This document shows positions 1 to 10,645 of a stretch of DNA of 50,474 bases, one piece after another. Numbering within the stretch: position 1 is the stretch's first letter; each line of letters starts with the position of its first letter. A program made the position numbers and the translations under genes. A model generated the notes under the pieces. That model made no database searches and was not told where the DNA came from. It saw only the letters and a program-made list of their open reading frames with translations. The DNA lies in the NCBI GenBank assembly GCA_964413135.1, contig CAYPSD010000001.1, positions 19,102 to 69,575 on the forward strand. The letters run 5' to 3'. Source of the DNA: an uncultured bacterium. Its GTDB lineage: Bacteria > Deinococcota > Deinococci > Deinococcales > Deinococcaceae.

Positions 1-46
1 CCAGCAGGCCGGACGCTGCAAAGCCGCTCGGGTATACTGCCCCCCC

Positions 47-1762
<1,716 letters not shown>

Positions 1763-1949
1763 AGAAAGCCGGGTAAACGGCCCCGCGCCGAAGGCCGAAT
1801 TTCGCACAACGGACGCGCAGCAGGCCAGGGCCAGTCTTAAGTTTTTCTTCACCCAGTGCCGGGTCCGGTGCGTCCTGATGGCCTCCTGACCATGCCTCTC
1901 ACTGCGCCCTCAACGCCGTGCCGAACGCACCCCAGCGGCGCTCATCACA

Positions 1950-1978
1950 TTGACAAGCCGCAGCAGGGGGTGTACTCT
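1950..1978 (+). promoter_or_regulatory. Sigma70-type promoter of the sugar ABC operon
   Basis: TTGACA (1950-1955), 17-bp spacer, TACTCT (1973-1978). Confidence 0.7.
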
Positions 1979-2000
1979 TCCTCTACCAAACGCTCAAACG

Positions 2001-2014
2001 TGGAAGCGCTTCCG
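2001..2014. promoter_or_regulatory. LacI-family operator
   Basis: Perfect palindrome GGAAGCGCTTCC (2002-2013) with a central CG, just downstream of the promoter. Confidence 0.7.
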
Positions 2015-2077
2015 CACACAGACCATGACCTTCCCAGGCCGGCTCTGCAAAGGTGGCGACTCCACACGGAGGAATAC

Positions 2078-3337
2078 ATGAAGAAACCCGCCATGTTGCT
2101 CGCCCTTACCGCTGTCGCCGCTTTCGGATCGGCGCAGGCCGTCACCGTCACGCTCGCCTGCGGCTCCGTCGGTCAGGAACTCCAGCTCTGCAAGGACGGC
2201 GCGGCGCGCTGGGCCAAGAAGACCGGCAACACCGTCAAGGTCTTCGAAAGCCCCAACCTGACCAACGACCGCCTGGGCCTGTACCAGCAGCAGCTCGCCG
2301 CCAAGAGCAGCGACATCGACGTCTACCAGCTCGACGTGGTGTGGCCCGGCCTGCTCTCGCAGCACTTCGTGGACCTCAAGGGCAAGATCCCTGCCGCCGA
2401 AGTCAACGCCAACTTCAAGGGCATCATCGCCGCCGATACCGTCAACGGCAAGCTGGTGGCCATGCCCTGGTTTACCGACGCGGGCCTGCTGTACTACCGC
2501 ACCGACCTGATGAAGAAGTACGGCTACTCGGCTGCCCCCAAGACCTGGGCCGAACTGGCCGCCATGGCCAAGAAGATTCAGGACGGCGAGCAGAAGACCA
2601 ACAAGGCCTTTGCCGGCTACGTCTTCCAGGGCAAGAACTACGAGGGCCTGACCTGTGACGCGCTGGAATGGGTCGCCTCGTTCGGCGGCGGCTCCATCGT
2701 GGACGACGCGGGCAAGATCACCATCAACAACCCCCGTGCTGCCGCCGCGCTCAACGCTGCGGCGAGCTGGGTCGGCACCGTGAGCCCCAAGGGCGTCACC
2801 ACCTACGACGAGGAACCCGCACGCGGCATCTTCCAGTCGGGCAACGCCGCCTTCATGCGCAACTGGCCCTACGCCTGGGCGCTCGGCCAGGGCGAGGACA
2901 GCAAGGTCAAGGGCAACATCGGCGTGGCCCCGCTGCCCGCTGGCCCCGGTGGCAGCCCCGCCGCGACCCTCGGCGGCTGGCAGCTCGGCGTCAGCATGTA
3001 CTCCAAGAACCAGGCCGCGTCCATCGATCTGGTGCGCTACCTGACCGGCCCCGCCGAGCAGAAGATTCGCGCCATCGAAGGCTCGTACAACCCCACCATC
3101 GCCAGCTTGTACCAGGACAAGGACATCCTGAAGGCCAACCCCTTCTTCGGCAGCCTGCTGAGCGTCTTTACCAACGCCGTGGCCCGTCCCTCCGGCCCCA
3201 CCAAAGACAAGTACAACCAGGTCTCGCAGGCGTTCAGCACCGCCGTCAGCGATGTCCTCAACAAGAAGATGACCGGCACCGCCGCCGTGGCGCAGCTGAG
3301 CACCGACCTGGCCCGCATCAAGGGTCGCGGCTGGTAA
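2078..3337 (+). CDS. Trehalose/maltose-type ABC transporter substrate-binding protein
   Basis: GGAGGA RBS before ATG 2078; signal peptide [21 protein letters not shown]; motifs 'DVVWP', '[15 protein letters not shown]', 'YEGLTC', 'FMRNWPYA', 'LGGWQL'. Confidence 0.9.
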   Translation: MKKPAMLLALTAVAAFGSAQAVTVTLACGSVGQELQLCKDGAARWAKKTGNTVKVFESPNLTNDRLGLYQQQLAAKSSDIDVYQLDVVWPGLLSQHFVDLKGKIPAAEVNANFKGIIAADTVNGKLVAMPWFTDAGLLYYRTDLMKKYGYSAAPKTWAELAAMAKKIQDGEQKTNKAFAGYVFQGKNYEGLTCDALEWVASFGGGSIVDDAGKITINNPRAAAALNAAASWVGTVSPKGVTTYDEEPARGIFQSGNAAFMRNWPYAWALGQGEDSKVKGNIGVAPLPAGPGGSPAATLGGWQLGVSMYSKNQAASIDLVRYLTGPAEQKIRAIEGSYNPTIASLYQDKDILKANPFFGSLLSVFTNAVARPSGPTKDKYNQVSQAFSTAVSDVLNKKMTGTAAVAQLSTDLARIKGRGW

Positions 3338-3369
3338 GCGTTCACCCAGACCCCTGCCGCTGGGTCTGA

Positions 3370-3408
3370 TGGGGAACGTCCAGAATTCGTGGACGTTCCC
3401 CACTTTTT
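3370..3408 (+). terminator. Intrinsic terminator / mRNA-stabilising hairpin after the binding-protein gene
   Basis: 13-bp perfect stem TGGGGAACGTCCA/TGGACGTTCCCCA with a 7-nt loop, followed by a T-run. Confidence 0.75.
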
Positions 3409-3534
3409 GGTTCGGCAACCTGATGCCCAACTGACGCTAGACTGAACCTCCCACACATCTTCCGGAGTTCAGTTGGCAGCCCGCACCGGGCCCCCCGGCA
3501 CGCACCGCTCCACGATTTCCACAGGAGGCCCCAC

Positions 3535-4461
3535 ATGACCACCATCAAGTCCACGGCAGCGCCGGTCCGGCAGCGAGGCATCGAGGCCGCACGCGCCCGG
3601 CAGGCCATCTGGCTGATCTTGCCCACCATGATCGCCATCGTGCTGGTCGCCGGGTATCCCCTGTACCGCACCATCTTCTTCTCGCTGTTCGATGCCAACC
3701 TCACCTCGCCGGACCAGCGCACCTTCCTGGGGCTGGGCAATTTCTGGTTTACCACCGACGAGGGCGTGGCGCTGGGCTTTTTGCAAGACCCCAAATGGTG
3801 GGGCGCGGTGTCGAACACGCTGCTGTTTACGGTGGTGTCGGTGTTCCTGGAAACCGTCTTCGGCATGATCATCGCGCTGGTGGTCAACAGCGCTTTTCCG
3901 GGCCGGGCCTTTCTCAGAACCGCCATGCTGGTGCCCTGGGCCATTCCCACCGTCGTCTCGGCGCAGATGTGGGCCTACATGTACAACGATTCTTTCGGGC
4001 TGGTCGGGCGCGGCATGCTGGGCGGCGTGGCGCTGCTCGCCAATCCCAGCAGTTCGATCTGGGCCATGATCGCGGTCGATGTCTGGAAAACCACCTCGTT
4101 CATGGCGCTGCTGATTCTGGCGGGCCTGCAAAGCCTGCCGAGCGACATGTACGAGGCCGCCGACATGGACGGCGCGAGCAAGTGGACGCAGTTCTGGCGC
4201 ATGACTTTGCCGCTGCTGCGCCCGGCCCTCTTGGTGGCGCTGGTGTTTCGCAGCCTGGACGCCCTGCGCGTCTTCGACATCATGTCGGTGATGGTCGGCA
4301 ACGTCTCGGCGGCGCGGCTCTCGATGACCGCCTACGCCCGGCAGGCGTTGATCGACAACCAGTTGCTGGGCCTGGGCAGCGCCGTCTCGATTGCCATCTT
4401 CATCATCATCATGGTGATCGTGGTCGTCTACGTGACCGCCTTCCGCGTGAAGTTCGATTGA
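3535..4461 (+). CDS. Carbohydrate ABC transporter permease (MalF-like)
   Basis: Multiple TM segments; EAA loop 'YEAADMDGAS'; AGGAGG RBS. Confidence 0.92.
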   Translation: MTTIKSTAAPVRQRGIEAARARQAIWLILPTMIAIVLVAGYPLYRTIFFSLFDANLTSPDQRTFLGLGNFWFTTDEGVALGFLQDPKWWGAVSNTLLFTVVSVFLETVFGMIIALVVNSAFPGRAFLRTAMLVPWAIPTVVSAQMWAYMYNDSFGLVGRGMLGGVALLANPSSSIWAMIAVDVWKTTSFMALLILAGLQSLPSDMYEAADMDGASKWTQFWRMTLPLLRPALLVALVFRSLDALRVFDIMSVMVGNVSAARLSMTAYARQALIDNQLLGLGSAVSIAIFIIIMVIVVVYVTAFRVKFD

Positions 4462-4535
4462 GTGACGCCTCGCTGAAGGGATCTCAATTGAGGATTTCGT
4501 TTGAATGACGGGCGACCGAGCCGAGGGGAGCAGCC

Positions 4536-5387
4536 ATGTATCTGAAACGCACCAACCCGACTTTGTATTACCTCCAGCGCATCGGCTTTTACGTGCTGGT
4601 GGTCGTGATCACGCTCTATCTGCTGGTGCCGTTTTTGTGGGCGGTGCTGACCAGCTTTCGTAAGGCGGGCGATCTGTTCTTGCAGCCGCTCCAGTTCATC
4701 AGCGCGCCCTCCACGCTGGGCAACTACGCCGACGTGTTCGCCAACCCCAACTTCCGGCTGGGTCTGCTCTACAGCCTGGTCACCGCCGTCGGCGCGGTGT
4801 TCATCGCCCTGCTGTTCGGCAGTTTCGCCGCCTACGCGCTGGGAAGGTTCAAATTCAAGTTCAAGTCGGCCATTCTCTATATCGTGCTGGCGGTCAGCGT
4901 CTTTCCGCAGATCGCGGTGCTGGGCGGCCTGTATACCCTGATCAACTCGCTCAACCTCTACAACAATCCCGGCGGGTTGATTCTCAGCTACCTGATCTTC
5001 ACCATTCCCTTCACGGTGTGGGTGCTGACCTCCTTCGTGCGCGACATTCCCGGTGAACTGGAAGAAGCCGCGCTGGTCGACGGGGCCTCGCCGCTCCAGA
5101 CCTTGTTCCGGGTGCTGTTTCCGGTGATGATGCCCGCGCTGGTCACGACCGGCCTGCTGGCCTTCATCAACGCCTGGAACGAGTACCTGTTCGCCCTGAC
5201 CTTCACCAGCACCAAGCGCACCGTGCCGGTGGTCATCGCCAACTACTCGGGAGCCACCCAGTTCGACCAGCCCTGGGGCCAGATCATGGCCGCCAGCATC
5301 GTGGTGACGGTGCCGCTGATCATTCTGGTGCTGGTGTTCCAGCGCAACATCGTCTCGGGCCTCACGGCGGGCGCAGTCAAGGGATAA
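4536..5387 (+). CDS. Carbohydrate ABC transporter permease (MalG-like)
   Basis: EAA loop '[11 protein letters not shown]'; typical C-terminus '[16 protein letters not shown]'. Confidence 0.92.
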   Translation: MYLKRTNPTLYYLQRIGFYVLVVVITLYLLVPFLWAVLTSFRKAGDLFLQPLQFISAPSTLGNYADVFANPNFRLGLLYSLVTAVGAVFIALLFGSFAAYALGRFKFKFKSAILYIVLAVSVFPQIAVLGGLYTLINSLNLYNNPGGLILSYLIFTIPFTVWVLTSFVRDIPGELEEAALVDGASPLQTLFRVLFPVMMPALVTTGLLAFINAWNEYLFALTFTSTKRTVPVVIANYSGATQFDQPWGQIMAASIVVTVPLIILVLVFQRNIVSGLTAGAVKG

Positions 5388-5418
5388 GCCTTCAGATCAA
5401 GCGTATCAACCGTTTCAT

Positions 5419-5454
5419 GAGGGGCCGGGCCAGGTGCTCGGCTCCTTCTTTGTT
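5419..5454 (+). terminator. Intrinsic terminator of the sugar ABC operon
   Basis: GC-rich stem GAGGGGCCGGGC/GCTCGGCTCCTT (with G-U pairs) followed by CTTTGTT. Confidence 0.6.
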
Positions 5455-5527
5455 GCGGGCGCTGAATTTTCCCACCAGACGCTTCGCCGACTTGGTCACC
5501 TGCGCCAGAACGGCGTCAGCCCGGCGC

Positions 5528-5536
5528 TGCTATAGT
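5528..5536 (+). promoter_or_regulatory. Extended -10 promoter for the uORF-secDF unit
   Basis: TG-c-TATAGT, 25 nt upstream of ATG 5562 and just downstream of the ABC operon terminator. Confidence 0.6.
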
Positions 5537-5561
5537 AATCTGCTGACCGACCATTAAGAAG

Positions 5562-5900
5562 ATGAAGAAGCCCTTGCTGCTCTCCCCCGCGCTGGCCCGC
5601 TTTCTGAAGCTGTGGCCGGGGCTGATCGCTGCACTGTCGCTGATAGCGGTGTGGGGCAACCAAACACCGCGTCCGGAAGGCCCGCGCACCCTGCTGTCGG
5701 CGGGGCAGACGGCGCTGCCGGAACTGCGGGCCATGCCTGCGCCCACACCGGGGCCGGGCCTGCTGAGCGCGCCCGATGCGGCGGCGGAGGTGGCCCTGCC
5801 GGTGCAGCAGCGCGCGGACGTGCTGCTGGGAGCCGCGCAGCAGCCGCCGGACATGCCGGACCTGACCGCGCTGGGGCGGCAGCAGACCGACGGTGGCTGA
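5562..5900 (+). CDS. Small membrane-anchored leader ORF upstream of secDF; candidate translation-arrest (secretion monitor) peptide
   Basis: 112 aa: basic N-terminus, hydrophobic segment at residues ~17-31, Pro/Ala-rich linker, ends LTALGRQQTDGG-stop. Fills the gap between its own promoter and secDF. Confidence 0.7.
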   Translation: MKKPLLLSPALARFLKLWPGLIAALSLIAVWGNQTPRPEGPRTLLSAGQTALPELRAMPAPTPGPGLLSAPDAAAEVALPVQQRADVLLGAAQQPPDMPDLTALGRQQTDGG

Positions 5901-5963
5901 GCGCGCACGCCGCTCGCCGCCCCCCGTTCTCCTGCCCCCTTTCCTGATGTTTCCGGAGCCTGC

Positions 5964-8249
5964 ATGACATTCAACACCCCCAAACGGCCTGTGCGCCGCA
6001 AGAAGGCCGCGCCGCAGCGGCGCAACGCCCTGACCACCACCCTCGCCATCTTCGCCGTGCTGCTGCTGAGTATCGCCTTTATCTGGCGGCCCTGGCAGCA
6101 CCGCGAGCACCCCGGCGAGCTGTGGGGCAGCAACTTCAAGTTCATCACCCTGGGCCTCGACCTCGAAGGCGGGCTGCGGATGTCGCTCTCGCCGGAAACC
6201 GGCGTCGCCACCAAAGACCAGCTCGAACAGGTCAAGACCATCATCGAAAACCGCATCAACACGCTGGGCGTCACCGAACCCACCGTGACGGTTTCGGGCG
6301 GCAAACGGGTGGTCGTGGAGATCCCCGGAGCCACCCCCGCCGTGCAAGACAGCGCCCGGCAGATCGTCAAGCAGCAGGCCAAGCTCGACTTTCACATCGT
6401 CAAGGCCGGAGCCAAGCAGGACCCGGCAGAGTTGCAGCGCAACCCGGCGTCGCTCGGCTACAAGCTCTCCGACCTCGGCCCGGTGGAGGCCACCGGCGGC
6501 ATCGTCTCGGGTGCGACGGCAGGCATCGACCAGCAGCGGCCCAGCGTCTGGCAGGTCAACGTCACCGTCAATCCCAAGGACGCCAAGACCTTCGGCGACT
6601 TCACGGGCCGCAACGTCCAGAAGTCGATGGCAGTGGTGCTCGACGGCCAGATCAAATCGGTGGCGACCATTCAGTCGGCGCTCTACAACAACTTCCAGAT
6701 CACCGGCAACTTCACGTCCGAGGACGCCACCAACCTGGCACTGGTCCTGAAGTCCGGCTCACTGCCCATTAAAATCAAGGTGGACGAGGAGCGCGCCATC
6801 GGGCCGACGCTGGGCGCGGACGCCATTCGCAGCGGCGCGATTGCCGCGCTGGTGGGCATCGCCGCCGTGTTCTGCATGCTGTTTTTCTACTACGGCTTCT
6901 GGTTCGGGCTGGTCGGCGCACTGGGATTGCTGTTCAGCTCGGTGACCATCCTGGGCTTGCTGGGCGGCTTCGGGGCCACCCTGACCTTGCCGGGCATCGC
7001 CGGACTGGTGCTGACCATCGGCGCGGCGGTCGACGGCAACGTGATTTCCTTCGAGCGCATCAAAGAAGAAATGAGCCGGGGCAAGGGCCTGAAAAACGCC
7101 ATCAACGTGGGCTACGAGCACTCCACCCTGACCATTCTGGACGTGAACGCCTCGCACCTGCTCTCGGCACTGGCGCTCTACAACTACGCCTCGGGACCGG
7201 TCAAGGGCTTTGCCGTGACCCTGATCATCGGCGTGGTGGCCTCGGCCTTCTCCAACCTGGTGTTCGCCAAGTGGATGCTCTACGCGCTGGCCAACAAGCG
7301 CGATTTCAAAGCACCGTTCCGCATCGGCGTGCCGAAAGTGGACTTCATCAAGGCCGCTCCCTTCATCACCACCGCGAGCATTCTGCTGGCCATCGCGGGC
7401 GCGATTTTCGTGGGCGTCAAGGGCCTGAACTTCGGCGTCGATTTCGTTTCCGGCACCAGTATCACCGCCAAGGCCGCGCCCAGCACCACCACCGAGCAGA
7501 TGCGCACCGCCGTGACCAGTGCCGGGGTGGCGGGCGTGACCGGGCAGAGCACCAGCATTCAGCGTGAACTCAGCGCCACCAGCAGCGGCGTTACCTACAC
7601 CATCAAGGTGCCGCAACTCGACAGCGATCAGGTCAAGGCCATCAGCGCCAAGATCAACGCGCTGCCGGGCGGCCAGGTCGGGCAGACCGAGACGGTGTCG
7701 CCGTCGGTGGGCGCAGACCTCACGCAGCAGACCATCTACGCCGTGCTGGTGGGCCTGGGCCTGATTCTGGTGTACGTGTGGTTCAGGTTTGATTTCGTGA
7801 TGGGCTTCGGCTCGATCATTGCCGTGCTGCACGACGTGGCTATCGTGATGGGACTGTACGCGGTGGCCCGGCTGGAATTCAACATCGCCTCGGTGGCGGC
7901 CCTGCTGACCCTCATCGGCTACTCGCTCAACGATTCGATCATCGTCTCCGACCGCATCCGCGAGAACCTGAAACTGCTGCGCGGCAAGAGCTACCGCGAG
8001 ATCGTCAACATCTCGATCAACCAGACGCTCTCGCGCACGGTCATGACCTCGGTGAGCACCATGCTGCCGCTGTTCAGCCTCTTGATTTTCGGCGGCCCGG
8101 TGCTGCGCGACTTCTCCATCGCGCTGATCGTGGGCATCCTGATCGGCACCTATTCCAGCATCTACATCGTGGCCCCGATGGTGGTGCTGCTCGAAGAGCG
8201 CATGGGCAAGAAGGCCGTGACCAACACCCCGGCCCCCACCACGAAGTAA
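5964..8249 (+). CDS. secDF: Protein translocase fused subunit SecDF
   Basis: SecD motifs 'LGLDLEGG', 'AVDGNVISFERIKEE'; SecF motifs 'GVDFVSGT', 'GYSLNDSIIVSDRIREN', 'GTYSSIYIV'. Confidence 0.97.
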   Translation: MTFNTPKRPVRRKKAAPQRRNALTTTLAIFAVLLLSIAFIWRPWQHREHPGELWGSNFKFITLGLDLEGGLRMSLSPETGVATKDQLEQVKTIIENRINTLGVTEPTVTVSGGKRVVVEIPGATPAVQDSARQIVKQQAKLDFHIVKAGAKQDPAELQRNPASLGYKLSDLGPVEATGGIVSGATAGIDQQRPSVWQVNVTVNPKDAKTFGDFTGRNVQKSMAVVLDGQIKSVATIQSALYNNFQITGNFTSEDATNLALVLKSGSLPIKIKVDEERAIGPTLGADAIRSGAIAALVGIAAVFCMLFFYYGFWFGLVGALGLLFSSVTILGLLGGFGATLTLPGIAGLVLTIGAAVDGNVISFERIKEEMSRGKGLKNAINVGYEHSTLTILDVNASHLLSALALYNYASGPVKGFAVTLIIGVVASAFSNLVFAKWMLYALANKRDFKAPFRIGVPKVDFIKAAPFITTASILLAIAGAIFVGVKGLNFGVDFVSGTSITAKAAPSTTTEQMRTAVTSAGVAGVTGQSTSIQRELSATSSGVTYTIKVPQLDSDQVKAISAKINALPGGQVGQTETVSPSVGADLTQQTIYAVLVGLGLILVYVWFRFDFVMGFGSIIAVLHDVAIVMGLYAVARLEFNIASVAALLTLIGYSLNDSIIVSDRIRENLKLLRGKSYREIVNISINQTLSRTVMTSVSTMLPLFSLLIFGGPVLRDFSIALIVGILIGTYSSIYIVAPMVVLLEERMGKKAVTNTPAPTTK

Positions 8250-8264
8250 ACCTCCTCAATATTT

Positions 8265-8299
8265 AGGGCGGGCGGCTGAGAAGCTGGCCCGCCTTTTTT
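8265..8299 (+). terminator. Intrinsic terminator after secDF
   Basis: GGCGGGCGGCT-GAGA-AGCTGGCCCGCC stem followed by a T-run; lies between convergent genes. Confidence 0.75.
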
Positions 8300-8317
8300 G
8301 ATGCCTGCCTCAGCGCT

Positions 8318-9292
8318 TCAGCCCTGATACACCCACACGCCGCTTTGCTGACTGCGGTTTATCGCGCCGTCCAGCCGCAGATATTCGGCGTGCGCCAGCG
8401 TCTCGGCCACGGCGAAGCGCCGACCCGTCAGCGGCAACTCGCGGGCAAACAGCACGAAGCTCAGGTCGTAGGCGTGGCGGGGCCGCTCGCGCACGGCGGC
8501 CAGCAGTTCGTCCAGGCGCTCCAGATGGTGCTCAGTGATTTCCTGCGCCCGCGCCGCCACGCCCTCCATCGTCGGCCCGTAGTGGCCCACCACCACCCGC
8601 GCCGGGTTCAGCGTCCGGAGCTTTTCCAGCGTGGCGAAGTAATCGCCCAGCGGATCGGGCCGCCCGTTCACGTACAGGCCGATGTTGGGGGTGATGCGCG
8701 GCAAGATGGCGTCGCCCGCGATCAGCGTCTGCGTTTCGGGTTGCCACAGCCCCAGGTGGCCGTCGGCGTGGCCCGGCAGCCACAGCACTTCCCACTCGGC
8801 TCCCGACAGCGGTACGCGCTGGCCTTCCGAGAGCGGCGTCAGACGAACGGCGGGGCGGACCCACTCGGCGGTCTGGGCTTCACCGACGCCGAACTCCGGC
8901 GGCGCGCCGTGCTCGGCAAAAAACTGCTGCTGGGCGGGCAACTGCGTTTCCCATTCGCTCCACAGCTTTTCCTGCTTGATGGAGTGGTCGAGCAGTTGCA
9001 CCGACGCGCCGCTGCGCTCCTCGATCAGTCCGGCCAGACCGTAGTGGTCCGGGTGAATGTGGGTCACGATGACGCGCTCGATGTCGGGCCAGTGCAGTCC
9101 CAGCTCGCCCAGCGCGGCTTCCAGGGCTTGCTGGGCCTCAGGCGTGTGGATGCTGGTGTCGATCAGGGTCACGGGCGGCGCGAGGTCGATCAGCACCGTC
9201 ACGGTTTTCATCGGCAAAGGAATCGGAATCTGGGCAGCGTAGAGGGTGCCGCCCAGATGGTGCAGCGCGGGCGGATGGGTGGCGGCGGTCAT
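8318..9292 (-). CDS. MBL-fold metallo-hydrolase with C-terminal winged-helix segment
   Basis: 'THIHPDHYG' (HxHxDH), 'PGHADGH', 'AGDAIL', 'VGHYG' motifs. Confidence 0.88.
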   Translation of the reverse strand: MTAATHPPALHHLGGTLYAAQIPIPLPMKTVTVLIDLAPPVTLIDTSIHTPEAQQALEAALGELGLHWPDIERVIVTHIHPDHYGLAGLIEERSGASVQLLDHSIKQEKLWSEWETQLPAQQQFFAEHGAPPEFGVGEAQTAEWVRPAVRLTPLSEGQRVPLSGAEWEVLWLPGHADGHLGLWQPETQTLIAGDAILPRITPNIGLYVNGRPDPLGDYFATLEKLRTLNPARVVVGHYGPTMEGVAARAQEITEHHLERLDELLAAVRERPRHAYDLSFVLFARELPLTGRRFAVAETLAHAEYLRLDGAINRSQQSGVWVYQG

Positions 9293-9370
9293 GCCTCAAC
9301 CTAGCACTCCGTCTTGAACCCGGTGCAAATTTGTCGGGCGTCCGGTTCCAGGTTATGCCTCCTCCTGAGC

Positions 9371-9423
9371 TGACAATTCCATGACCGGCCAGTGACCTGG
9401 GCCTGACAAACGGCCAGCAGAGT
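9371..9423 (+). promoter_or_regulatory. Pho-box-like repeat array and -10 element of pstS
   Basis: TGACA/TGACC/TGACC/TGACA at 9371, 9382, 9393, 9404 (exact 11-bp period); CAGAGT at 9418-9423, 7 nt before the ATG. Confidence 0.7.
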
Positions 9424-9430
9424 GTGAGGC

Positions 9431-10462
9431 ATGAAGAAGCTCCTGACCCTGGGCCTCGGCCTGGTGACCCTGACCGCCGCTGCCGCCTCTGCCGAAACCA
9501 TTACCGGCGCGGGCAGCTCGTTCGTCTACCCGCTCTACACCAAGATGTTCGCCGAGTACAAGAAGACCAACAACACCGACGTGAACTACCAGTCGGTCGG
9601 CTCCGGCGCGGGTCAGCAGCAGATCATCGCCCGCACGGTGGACTTCGGAGCCAGCGACAACCCCATGAGCGACGAGACCATGAAGACCGCTCCCGGCAAG
9701 TTGCTGCACATTCCCACCGCCATCGGCGCGGTCGTGGCCTCCTACAACGTCCCCGGCGTGACCACCCAGCTCCAGTTCACCGGCCCGCTGCTGGCCGACA
9801 TCTACCTGGGCAAAGTCAAGCTGTGGAACGACGCGGCCATCAAGAAGCTCAACCCCGACGTGACGCTGCCCGCGCTGCCGATCACGGTGGCCCGCCGCTC
9901 CGACGGCTCCGGCACCACCGCCGTGTTCACCGATTACCTCAGCAAGATCAGCACCGAGTGGAAAACCAAGGTCGGCAGCGCCAACAGCGTGCAGTGGCCG
10001 GTGGGCGTGGGCGGCAAGGGCAACGACGGCGTGGCCGGAATCGTCAAGAGCACGCCCGGCTCGATCGGCTACGTCGAGCTGACCTACGCCAAGCAGAACA
10101 AGTTGCTGTTCGGCTCGGTGCAAAACCACGCGGGCAAGTTCATCGTGCCCGACAACGGCCCCGCTGCGCTGGCCGCCCAGGGCGTGGTCATCCCCGCCGA
10201 CACCCGCGTCAGCATCACCAACAGCGCCAACGCGGGCGCGTACCCGATTTCCAGCTTCACCTACGTCATCTTCTACCAGGATCAGAAGTACGGCAACCGC
10301 ACCCAGGCGCAGGCCAAGGAGTTCAAGAACCTGCTGAGCTGGATGGTCGGAGCGGGCCAGCAGTACAACGAGCCGCTGGACTACGCCAAGCTGCCCGCCA
10401 ACGTGGTCAACAAGGCCAAGACCATTCTGAACAGCGTGACCTACGGCGGCGCGAAGCTCTAA
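9431..10462 (+). CDS. pstS: Phosphate ABC transporter substrate-binding protein
   Basis: Signal peptide; 'GAGSSF', 'YQSVGSGAG', 'DFGASD', 'RRSDGSGTT', 'GKGNDGV' motifs. Confidence 0.97.
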   Translation: MKKLLTLGLGLVTLTAAAASAETITGAGSSFVYPLYTKMFAEYKKTNNTDVNYQSVGSGAGQQQIIARTVDFGASDNPMSDETMKTAPGKLLHIPTAIGAVVASYNVPGVTTQLQFTGPLLADIYLGKVKLWNDAAIKKLNPDVTLPALPITVARRSDGSGTTAVFTDYLSKISTEWKTKVGSANSVQWPVGVGGKGNDGVAGIVKSTPGSIGYVELTYAKQNKLLFGSVQNHAGKFIVPDNGPAALAAQGVVIPADTRVSITNSANAGAYPISSFTYVIFYQDQKYGNRTQAQAKEFKNLLSWMVGAGQQYNEPLDYAKLPANVVNKAKTILNSVTYGGAKL

Positions 10463-10489
10463 CCCGAACACCTCCTCTCCACTTCGACG

Positions 10490-10525
10490 CGGGGCGCTCC
10501 TGAACACGGGGGCGCTCCGATTTTT
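10490..10525 (+). terminator. Hairpin/terminator between pstS and pstC
   Basis: CGGGGCGCTCCT/GGGGGCGCTCCG stem (with G-U pairs) followed by ATTTTT. Confidence 0.6.
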
Positions 10526-10645
10526 GCCGCTCACTTGCACGGCCCGTGTGCCCGCTTGTGAGGTTCCTCGCAGCCTGACTTCAAGCTGACATCTGCCGTG
10601 TGAAATACCTTAACGCGCCCTTGCCACGCGCTTCAGAGGCCACGT

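Noticed and set aside
1856..2077. Long N-terminal extensions in the ORF track (sugar-binding protein, fabG, acpP, atpK, malQ, lutB, HD protein, rha permease)
   Set aside because: Downstream starts have an RBS or stop-start overlap and match family N-termini; the extensions run through promoters or neighbouring genes.
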